From IMG/VR virus record IMGVR_UViG_3300028854_000017: a DNA stretch of 20,000 nucleotides; one strand, given 5' to 3'. The DNA comes from an uncultured virus (IMG/VR IMGVR_UViG_3300028854_000017) (lineage: Duplodnaviria > Heunggongvirae > Uroviricota > Caudoviricetes). Shown here in pieces: positions 8,501 to 15,865 of the stretch (position 1 is its first letter; every line of letters begins with the position of its first letter). Below the pieces are notes generated by a model. It was not told the DNA's origin. It did no database searches and worked only from the letters and a program-made list of their open reading frames with translations. Position numbers and translations under genes: made by a program.

Positions 8501-11500
8501 ACCGACAAACAAGGGTCTGTCCCATTTACCTGAATGATGGTACTAAGAATACCTTGCGTATAGACATTATCAAAGAAACTAACCCGTATCGTAGTAATTC
8601 CGAGAGTTATATAGGTTACAAGCCCATCATTCACTGTGATGGATGACGAGTAATTGCTATAGCTGCATACCGACGTTACATCAAGAGATGAACCATCCGA
8701 ATATATAGCCATAACTGTAATCTGCTGTTGCAGTCCTAATTGACTGTAATCTATAACCATCGGATTAACTTGCAATTCTACAGGGTAAGGCAATTGTATT
8801 GATACGACGGCTATATCTGTATAACCTTTCCAACTTGCCAATACAGAGACCACTCCATTTTGAACTGGGTTAAGCACAAATCCAGCCAATGTAGCAAGAC
8901 CTGTAGTAACCGGATTTCCCCTAAAATCTACAAATGAAAAAGTAAGGTCACTGTCTGTAGTAATATCTACAAAAATTTGGTCTCCGGTAGAATCATCCAC
9001 AAGAGTTTGTAGAACGCTAAGTTTATACGGCTGTTTTAAGTTCATATAAACTGGGTCTGGCGATATCGCAATACGTTCGGTGTGATAGCTCTGTGCTTGC
9101 GTAAAGGTAATAGTGTCTGGTAAGGTATTGCCACATATATTATGTGCATACATCGTAATTGTCACCCCCTCAGCGGGTATGACAACTGAAACTGAGCCCT
9201 CACTTCCCCAAATTCCAGATAAGGCCGCCTCAACATCTGCATCACTCGACATAAACGAAACGTCAGAGGTATTCTGACAAGACCAGTGTAAATTGAAAGA
9301 TTGTCCGTATAGAGCAGTTGTTCCATCGATGGTTGGGAATGTGTATCCGAATTGTGTAACTATCGGGATTATAGAGCTATCTTGTACTTGGAACATCTGT
9401 GTTGCTATTCCTTGTGACGTATCCGTATTTATGAGAACCAAATTATAAATACCTGCTACATCGACATCCATCAAAAACGAAATCGTATTCTCGTTGATAA
9501 AGGTTGTTGTCTTGGCTACCAATCCAGTGTTCATCACCATATACACTACAATGCCTGACCTGAAATTAGAACCGTTCAGAACAATGGTTGTAGGTGTAAA
9601 TCCAGTTCCAGAGCAAACATAATTGGGTTGGCAATTTGCTACGAATGGCGGAAATCTATACGTCGATTCGTCATAAACCAGCACGAATGTTTCATTCATC
9701 GCTATCACGTCTTCCACACAATCCAACTTAACCAAACGAACAGGATATGAACCAAACGTAAATTGTGGAGCGATGAACGTAATACTCCCATTCACCCAAT
9801 CAATATTGGTAACTGCCGCTTGCACCAGTTGCGTCAAGGTTGGATTACCAGGCGATACAGATTCAGCTGCTTGTCTAGTCGGCGTTCTCAACCACACTTC
9901 CATCTTCGAACTGAAACCAGTACCAGTTAAGGTTACAGGAACGGTCTCACTAATCGTAGGCCCAACTGCTTCAGGTATATTGGTAGGGCTAATATTATTT
10001 ACAGCAAAATTTCCAGCGCCTTGTTGAACTGGTTGCACGTATACCGGAAGGATTATGGTACGTGTTCCAGCAGCATTAACAGCTGTAATAGCGTAATTAA
10101 CAATGTATTGCACAATTTCAGTACTTCCAACCATATAAGAGTCGTAACTTGAAATGGTTGGGCTACCTGGCTTCGGAAGTATCACTGTCATCGTTTGAGA
10201 ATAGGTTTCAATATCGGGGTTTATTGCTATAGCATTGTTATTAAAAAATAATTGGTGATTACCGTACTCTACGGCGTATTCAAAAAATAGCGATATACCA
10301 TCTAACACTCCATTTTGGAATTCCAGCGTTGGTACGAAGGTCAACACACTTGTTCCATATCCTTCCCAAGAACCATATACAGGTGTGTCATCGTCTACTC
10401 TCGATACAATCGGAACTTCATTAGCGAATGCAGTTCCAACTGGGTCTGAAGATAATGGAGTTAAATTCAAAGAGCTTGATCCATATTCCCAAAGTACTGT
10501 TTGTTCTTCACTTACATGGTCGTTGAAATCAACTAGATAAGAAATCTGAGTTTGATCAGACTCGCACAATTCAACCACACTAGGAGTTGCAATAGCTGTA
10601 ATTGTAGGAGCATCAGTCGTAATCGGAACTAAAACCACAGATACTACGATGGAAGCAGAAGCAATTTGTCCATTGTTTCCTGTTGCCTCGATTACATAAC
10701 GAGTATTGACAGTTGGGTAATAGCTGATTGAACCACTGTATCCAACCGTTGTATCGTCTTCTAAAATAACGCCAGTATCGTTGTTATATCTGTATATCCC
10801 AACAGCATCAGAATTTGTAACCTCCCAGCATATGTTGACCATTCCACCTAGCACAACCTGTACTTTAGGTCTCGCATCGGGATAATCAGTAGTAGAAAGA
10901 GGGTCGGTTGGGTCTAGAGACCAGATGTAGGCAGTAGGATTAAGAATTCTCAATACAGTGGCTGGTGGAGGAGGTGAAGCCGGAACATTAATTGTTTGGT
11001 AGTATATGTTTCCAGCGGCATCTTGATAGGCTATTACGATGCTTCTAGTATCTGAGTAATCGGTTCCCCAATTTTCACCAAGATATGGAGCGTCTATGTT
11101 CCTAATAACAACAGGAACATTATGAATATTTTGTAGCATCAAAGCTAACGTGTTAACCGACAATCCTTGCATACTCGTTGGAGCGGTAACACTAATCGGT
11201 GTTGTAATAATCACAGATGTGGAACTCAAAACATCTATCTTACTGCCGGTTCCAGCCCAAGACGAAACAGGGCCAGTGATAGATGAAAGCGTCTTTTCCA
11301 TCACATCATCACTCAGCGTTTCGCCAACGCGTGGATTTAAATAATCATCAGATACACGTTGATAAGATAGGAATACTGGATCGTTTTCGTATGTTGGCGG
11401 CGGTGCTGGATTAGTAGTTGATGTTAATATATTGATAAACTTTACGTTGTCCCCTGTTCCGCTACTATCACCTACCAATAAATTAGTGTTGAATCCTCCT

Positions 11501-12783
11501 GATAATCCATCTCCTAGTGAACCGTCCAATACTACGGTATCAACTTCTGTCGTGAATGTTGGAGGCGCTATAACCTGTCGCGTCTCTACAACTACCCCAT
11601 CTCCAACACTTGGTATGTTTAGATTGTTCTGATACCAAGGCGTAGGAGCAACGTTGCTGGCAGCCCAATGATCTCCATAGAACTGTTCATCAGGTTGTGA
11701 AAAGAACTTAACACTAGCGCTAATTTCTTGGTCGATGATACCTTCAATCGAAGCCAAGGTATCGTTCACCATCAGTAACACTTCATTAGCAACTTGAGTA
11801 ACGGTAAAGTATGGCGTAGTTCCAGCTGCACGATGACGTGCTACGATTTCCTCAAGATGTTGTGTAGTATATTGAAAATACGATGTATTGATGGGTACGT
11901 CGACAAAAACACCAAAATTAGTAAAGCTATACTGACCACCCAATCCATACTTTGCCGTGTCTGTCGGAGAACCCATCGTTGGGTTGTTCAAGAATCCATC
12001 GCCAACCATCAAATCGTCAGTATATTCGTTAGATGGAGTAACATTTATCAACGATGGCATACCGTCGCCAAGAAGTATGTTGGGGCTGTATTCAAGAATG
12101 GTAGTTTCGTATCCAATACCACGAGAGAGTATATTCTCGATAGCTAAATTGTTGATGCGTGGTTTTACGGTTTCCCACAGCAGACGGTTGGAGTATTCAT
12201 AATCTGGTTCAACAGTGTAGCCAATAATATTGTTATGTTGCGGGTCGCTCGTAGCATACATTGGTATCGACAATCTAGGGATGTCGAATATCGTTCCCCA
12301 ATAATCTAAGAAACCGTTTTGAGCTGTGGCGAATCCTAGCTGCTGAATGGCGAGGTCTACATCATTTTTAGCTGTTTCTAATATATATGCTAACGGTCTA
12401 AAAATAGCCCACAGCGTAGATGTAAAAATCTGTACGTTGTACCAGTCGTCTTCACTTAAAGCAAATGTACCTTCCAATAGAGCAATTGCACCCAAACCAC
12501 TGAAAGGAGTAGAAATATTTTGAACAGATATTCCAGACGTATTATTTAATTGATTGCACAGGTCTGCAATAGTTATGCTCTTAGCTGCATCATATGGATT
12601 ATTAAAATTTATTGTGACAACGGGGATAGTTTCTCCAACCGTGGTGATAGTTAACACGCGGTTGGAGATTACTAAGTTTGAATTTCCGCTCGCCTTCAAC
12701 TGAAAAGCAGGAACACTCTTAGGGTCTCGCGAGAAAACTCGGTTCAATCTATTTAAAAGATTACTAAATATCCCATTTGCCAT
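5545..12783 (-). CDS. Giant baseplate wedge protein: gpI/gp7-like N-terminus fused to multiple Ig-like domains (IPT/TIG, Big_2-like, PKD-like) and a PA14-like domain, 2412 aa
   Basis: The first ~330 aa contain TAQNGFLDYWGTIFDIPR...EPDYEYSNRLL...AIENIL...IVARHRAAGT, typical of P2 gpI-like wedge proteins. The gene lies downstream of baseplate J. The remainder has repeated Ig-like motifs and Pro-rich linkers. Confidence 0.8.
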   Translation of the reverse strand: MANGIFSNLLNRLNRVFSRDPKSVPAFQLKASGNSNLVISNRVLTITTVGETIPVVTINFNNPYDAAKSITIADLCNQLNNTSGISVQNISTPFSGLGAIALLEGTFALSEDDWYNVQIFTSTLWAIFRPLAYILETAKNDVDLAIQQLGFATAQNGFLDYWGTIFDIPRLSIPMYATSDPQHNNIIGYTVEPDYEYSNRLLWETVKPRINNLAIENILSRGIGYETTILEYSPNILLGDGMPSLINVTPSNEYTDDLMVGDGFLNNPTMGSPTDTAKYGLGGQYSFTNFGVFVDVPINTSYFQYTTQHLEEIVARHRAAGTTPYFTVTQVANEVLLMVNDTLASIEGIIDQEISASVKFFSQPDEQFYGDHWAASNVAPTPWYQNNLNIPSVGDGVVVETRQVIAPPTFTTEVDTVVLDGSLGDGLSGGFNTNLLVGDSSGTGDNVKFINILTSTTNPAPPPTYENDPVFLSYQRVSDDYLNPRVGETLSDDVMEKTLSSITGPVSSWAGTGSKIDVLSSTSVIITTPISVTAPTSMQGLSVNTLALMLQNIHNVPVVIRNIDAPYLGENWGTDYSDTRSIVIAYQDAAGNIYYQTINVPASPPPPATVLRILNPTAYIWSLDPTDPLSTTDYPDARPKVQVVLGGMVNICWEVTNSDAVGIYRYNNDTGVILEDDTTVGYSGSISYYPTVNTRYVIEATGNNGQIASASIVVSVVLVPITTDAPTITAIATPSVVELCESDQTQISYLVDFNDHVSEEQTVLWEYGSSSLNLTPLSSDPVGTAFANEVPIVSRVDDDTPVYGSWEGYGTSVLTFVPTLEFQNGVLDGISLFFEYAVEYGNHQLFFNNNAIAINPDIETYSQTMTVILPKPGSPTISSYDSYMVGSTEIVQYIVNYAITAVNAAGTRTIILPVYVQPVQQGAGNFAVNNISPTNIPEAVGPTISETVPVTLTGTGFSSKMEVWLRTPTRQAAESVSPGNPTLTQLVQAAVTNIDWVNGSITFIAPQFTFGSYPVRLVKLDCVEDVIAMNETFVLVYDESTYRFPPFVANCQPNYVCSGTGFTPTTIVLNGSNFRSGIVVYMVMNTGLVAKTTTFINENTISFLMDVDVAGIYNLVLINTDTSQGIATQMFQVQDSSIIPIVTQFGYTFPTIDGTTALYGQSFNLHWSCQNTSDVSFMSSDADVEAALSGIWGSEGSVSVVIPAEGVTITMYAHNICGNTLPDTITFTQAQSYHTERIAISPDPVYMNLKQPYKLSVLQTLVDDSTGDQIFVDITTDSDLTFSFVDFRGNPVTTGLATLAGFVLNPVQNGVVSVLASWKGYTDIAVVSIQLPYPVELQVNPMVIDYSQLGLQQQITVMAIYSDGSSLDVTSVCSYSNYSSSITVNDGLVTYITLGITTIRVSFFDNVYTQGILSTIIQVNGTDPCLSVYDIGVTPPFAFLPLSSTSVLSKIYLFGSVLTYYWGDSPHSGSVSAYIWQNVSDLYANGITRVLSDADGMTVGNSLLFDENPYGSISSPVQWTILNSSGIQIGTKNLFDPSLTGGGGYSNFNCCILAYLYVPAAGTYDIGAFYKDSIIWGIGGNCTWAGRGSITGTSGQTKTVIGGYPLLPAAQSGGEGGQQGNSQVPVTFNAAGIYPLEGDWDYWYHYGRTFQITSNGGTIAPIDSIPLNLSQTTKAVLTIDVNNVRTASIDGVSVLNEDLQLNWDYTTPETLSASHVYNIVVANHGTQLTLKASGNLLSVDAPVINKFTAYDADISMSAESSTSITVGYADGIGLCWNTSNAFSVSITDLSTMISTSVADAGTMLVMPTCSTSYRLYVVGYGGAVVISDITVNVSTAVSNEITILCKPAIVQLGQSSNVAYNAYSVEQVTLYAFSDSVVSVNGARPTQNQTTLLSNANNAQYTAFPTTNTMYRFNGKNNYSSFVAAGFVNVDAGAKFISTSISSASVNVGDPVTVSWQTTGAVNVTGDFVGGQNLPLGLASFVIYPDRTQDFKITATSSTGLTTTATIHISVNPQVLSPTCGGLDIPNVTSIYLDGNGNTPSTTEMDAIHVLEIYGSGFVGGRALTSTIVGAVRVVLSNQNGEVPLIDVVGIDTVTDTYIRCKIHVYEYTLADRYFVIVQNDIGVSFQQTALTSFTVDTYVPSFLDTIAVAGHSGDQYTLEIDSYNPIRDAGFSILVGGVEANILSISGFDGIGYPVLVVLSSATVTGIIIMTQNGFGALQKTFVPTPSPASPPTPPAAMSISYVSPALVDTLSTSSVFGNNFASTSTVYVGATACTTTYVSTTKLNFVVPSVTAGGYVVTVVDSVGTYGSVSWMGLTVFIPASTTPTQVPSSQTIGSLNGPLNISPNNNVISTVIPDQIVGAVILQPTVYVPQNPNTAIQTTSINGVDVSPVNADPINVGVFDVAAQSGGWE

Positions 12784-12786
12784 TTT

Positions 12787-13335
12787 TTACTCTGTTGTGG
12801 CGACTTCCAATCCAAGTGGTGCCAAAGGCAAATTCCACTCCGTTGCTACGACGAGCTTCTCTTCAACAGTCAAGCTACAATCCGGTGCAATCAACTCTGA
12901 GAACTTAACTGCACGTTGCTGTTCGTATGCTCGAGTTTCCTGAACATCTGATTCCTTAACAAGACCGAGACGATATAGAGTTTTGGCGAGAACGAAGATG
13001 TCGTTATCGCGCGATTGAATCATCTGCATGATATCGTTCAAATCTTCAATCTTAGCATTAGAAAAAGGCTGAGAACGCCGAAGGTCTCGAGCTTTCGCGT
13101 TCCTTTGTTCATGCTGTTGTAATTTCTTTTGCTCTTTGAGGCGCGCTATGAACTCGTCTTGAGTAATAATTTTCTTTGGCTGTTCATAAGTCTCAATAGG
13201 CGCTGTATCATTTTGCTGAAGAGTATCTTCGATGGATGGTTCGTTTTCGTTTTCCGCTTCCAGAACTACATCGGCGGCTGCCGCAGCGACTGCTTCCTGT
13301 ACTGTTTCTTGATCTACCACGTTTGGTTCCTCCAT
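12787..13335 (-). CDS. Hypothetical acidic / coiled-coil protein, 182 aa
   Basis: Fills the gap between J and the gpI-like gene (6 nt and 3 nt spacers). It has an E-rich N-terminus and a helical K/Q/R-rich middle (EFIARLKEQKKLQQHEQRNAKARDLRR). Confidence 0.7.
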   Translation of the reverse strand: MEEPNVVDQETVQEAVAAAAADVVLEAENENEPSIEDTLQQNDTAPIETYEQPKKIITQDEFIARLKEQKKLQQHEQRNAKARDLRRSQPFSNAKIEDLNDIMQMIQSRDNDIFVLAKTLYRLGLVKESDVQETRAYEQQRAVKFSELIAPDCSLTVEEKLVVATEWNLPLAPLGLEVATTE

Positions 13336-13341
13336 TGTGGG

Positions 13342-14529
13342 TTACGATATTGTTATTGTTCCGGCCTTTATAACTGTTTGAGAGTTACCTGGAATCACAT
13401 CTCCTGAAGGCGTTGATAATACGCAATTATACATTCCGTTTTGTCCCATAACCAGCGAAATAAGTTCGTTATAAATTAACGAATCTCCCGGTTTAAGTGT
13501 TGACATATACTGCACAACACTTGCCGCTATCGCCGCTTCGGCATTGCTATCTAGAATATACCCGGATAACCATGTTGTTTGTAGAACAAAGTTCTGAGGT
13601 TGTTCTGTGGCTGCAATGGTTGTGGCTACTATACCAGCGGCTTTATACCCCGGCAATCTGTTCCCATCCGAGTCTGTATACCCATATATGATGTTTTGAC
13701 AGTTTGCGACCAGGGCAGCAGAAGTAGAACCTAACCCGTTGTAAATGTATATATTTACGTGTCCGATTGGATTAGAACCGTCTAGTACGTATGGTTCTAC
13801 AGCTGTACAACTTTTAACTTGTTCTATGATGTTGCCATTGGAGTCTGTCACTACAGCTAAAGAAGCGCCATATTCTATAGCCCCCAAAGTGCCTCTAGAT
13901 AAACTTTGTAGATATGCCGCAAATCTTACTTTCTGACTAGCAGAACTTTCTTGATCAGCTCCATTCACAAACGGAAATTGGTTAGTAACGACATAGACCG
14001 CATCTGCAACCACCGGAAGATTGTCAACTGGCACAGTGATTGTATTAGCAACAGCGTTTCCAACGATTCCAGCTGTATTAGAGATAACCATAACCAATTG
14101 TGATGTTGCTCCAGCAGGCCATACCGTATCAGAAACTACACTATACGTAACACTAGCTATAGATGAAGCGGTTACAGTCGACCCTGTGGATGGAACCTGA
14201 AAGCGAGTTCCAGCTGGTATAACAATCGCCGATGTAGGAGCTATTGGGGTCGTTGTTCCTGCAACTACTAGTGATAATAGCAATTGACCTGATGAGGCGA
14301 TTGGAGGTAACGGTGGAAAATCAAAGCTATTATAGATTGCTGTATCGATGCCCTCGAGAATACCACGGAGCATCATATGATAGAACTGTTCAAGTTCTTC
14401 AGCAAAAGCTTCCAACATGGTACGAGTCTTCGAACCAATATTAAAATCGGTGAGCGTAGATGTGGATTGAGCTACCGATTGTATCAGGCTGGCTGTAATA
14501 TTGGCGAAATTACGGATGTAGAAAGCGAT
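13342..14529 (-). CDS. Baseplate J-like (gp6/gpJ) wedge protein, 395 aa using the proposed ATC start at 14529 (ORF track starts at 14418)
   Basis: Baseplate J motifs: TDFNIGSKTRTMLEAFAEELEQFY, IPAGTRF, AGIVGNAVANTIT, VTNQFPFVNGADQES, LSRGTLGAIEY, GYKAAGI, GMYNC...PSGDV. The in-frame upstream extension supplies the conserved N-terminus. Confidence 0.9.
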   Translation of the reverse strand: MAFYIRNFANITASLIQSVAQSTSTLTDFNIGSKTRTMLEAFAEELEQFYHMMLRGILEGIDTAIYNSFDFPPLPPIASSGQLLLSLVVAGTTTPIAPTSAIVIPAGTRFQVPSTGSTVTASSIASVTYSVVSDTVWPAGATSQLVMVISNTAGIVGNAVANTITVPVDNLPVVADAVYVVTNQFPFVNGADQESSASQKVRFAAYLQSLSRGTLGAIEYGASLAVVTDSNGNIIEQVKSCTAVEPYVLDGSNPIGHVNIYIYNGLGSTSAALVANCQNIIYGYTDSDGNRLPGYKAAGIVATTIAATEQPQNFVLQTTWLSGYILDSNAEAAIAASVVQYMSTLKPGDSLIYNELISLVMGQNGMYNCVLSTPSGDVIPGNSQTVIKAGTITIS

Positions 14530-14535
14530 ACGTCT

Positions 14536-14541
14536 ACCTCC
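14536..14541 (-). promoter_or_regulatory. Consensus Shine-Dalgarno GGAGGT for the baseplate J gene
   Basis: Minus strand reads TAA AAATAGCTG GGAGGT AGACGT ATC GCT TTC, placing the SD 6 nt before the in-frame ATC. Confidence 0.75.
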
Positions 14542-14550
14542 CAGCTATTT

Positions 14551-15864
14551 TTATACTGCTGGAATTACGAAATTGAAGTTCTGCGATATATTTAACAAAT
14601 CTATATTAGCGCTAGCAGACACTCGCAATGTATCAGCATATAGATTAACATTAACATTAGTTACAGACGAAACTCTAGGGTCTTGTGATAGAGTTCTATT
14701 TATTTCATATGCAGCAAAAACCAAAAGAGAATCGTTATCTATCGAACCGACATAATCCAGCAGTCTATCTCCATATTCAGGATGATAGTGAAGCGAGCTA
14801 GTTTCTGTGGTCAATCTGTGTGCAAGCGCTTGATTAAGATTCATCATGCCTGAAAACGACAATAAATCTCCGTTCGTATCTGCCCATAGCTGACCATAAG
14901 CGTCTAATGCAATATCTTCCCCAAGAATGTCATAAAGACTATTCGCATTATAATTGTTGTTTTGGATATTCGATTGGCTCGAGCTGTTCGATGGTATGAG
15001 AATATAGCTACCTGGGCTGACGACTCTAGACGTAATATTTATCGCTGCAGATAACACGTTTACAACGAACCCAGATTCGTAAGTATTTTGAAGCGGCGAT
15101 GATAAAACCACTATCGATTGAGTGTTGTCCCCAGTTACCGAGTCTACCGTCACCAAATCTGAAAGAACCTGTGATTGCCCATTCGTTAACGGACTTGTCA
15201 AATTGAAATATAGTGTAGACCCAATGGATAACAATTGGCTCAATCCATTGATATAGATTGTTGAAGTTCCAGCCTTAGCCTTTTGGGTCAGATAAACATT
15301 GAAATTTGTTTGTCCCATCAAAACGTTCTGGTCGCTGCTGATATATGGATATGTCAATTTGTTCATATCCGCTATGACTTCCCAATTTGAAGCATCTCCG
15401 GTCATTTGAGCTGCTATACCCTGCAAATTATCAAAAGGTTTAATTTGGTAAACTTGCATGTTGTTTATCGTCATCGAGTACGGGTCTGTGGTTGTAGCTG
15501 TGAATTGACTGGCGTTTGGAATCTGTATCGCATTAACCATACTTTGTATATCTGCCAAAGATATCAAGCCTTGTTGATCAATGGTAAATATCACAGAATT
15601 AGATGGACCGTTATTCGGATCGTCTATATATATTGTCGCTCCTCCTAACGAGAAAGTAGCGAAATAAGATGGTAAAACATAAGCATATAGGTAAGTATTG
15701 TCTACATAAACTGTGGCATGATTTCCGTTTCCGTCCAAAAGAACTTCACCGCCGAACACAATATCACTATCACCTGTAAAGTTGGTTCCTCGCACAGCGA
15801 ACAAGAACTGTGAGCCTCCAGCAACCACGTAATCAGGTGTTATCGATGCTATGACGGGAACCAT
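14551..15864 (-). CDS. Baseplate wedge protein: IPT/TIG + interrupted LysM-like + gp25/gpW-like (sheath initiator) domains, 437 aa
   Basis: N-terminal PVIASITPDYVVAGGSQFLFAVRGTNF...PSNSVIFTI is IPT/TIG-like. YQIKPFDNLQGIAAQMTGDASNWEVIADMNKL is LysM-like. C-terminal GDL...SG..NLNQALAHRLTTE...HPEYG...LSQDPRVSSV is gp25-like. The gene is immediately upstream of J. Confidence 0.85.
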   Translation of the reverse strand: MVPVIASITPDYVVAGGSQFLFAVRGTNFTGDSDIVFGGEVLLDGNGNHATVYVDNTYLYAYVLPSYFATFSLGGATIYIDDPNNGPSNSVIFTIDQQGLISLADIQSMVNAIQIPNASQFTATTTDPYSMTINNMQVYQIKPFDNLQGIAAQMTGDASNWEVIADMNKLTYPYISSDQNVLMGQTNFNVYLTQKAKAGTSTIYINGLSQLLSIGSTLYFNLTSPLTNGQSQVLSDLVTVDSVTGDNTQSIVVLSSPLQNTYESGFVVNVLSAAINITSRVVSPGSYILIPSNSSSQSNIQNNNYNANSLYDILGEDIALDAYGQLWADTNGDLLSFSGMMNLNQALAHRLTTETSSLHYHPEYGDRLLDYVGSIDNDSLLVFAAYEINRTLSQDPRVSSVTNVNVNLYADTLRVSASANIDLLNISQNFNFVIPAV

Positions 15865-15865
15865 A

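Noticed and set aside
5545..12783. Cysteine enrichment (about 19 Cys by manual count) suggesting a disulfide network
   Set aside because: This is under 1% of residues and shows no regular spacing, so it is not distinguishable from background.
13342..14550. Baseplate J as a 5'-truncated pseudogene, or 14419-14550 as an ncRNA/regulatory spacer
   Set aside because: The region is an intact in-frame extension encoding the conserved N-terminus with a well-placed SD.
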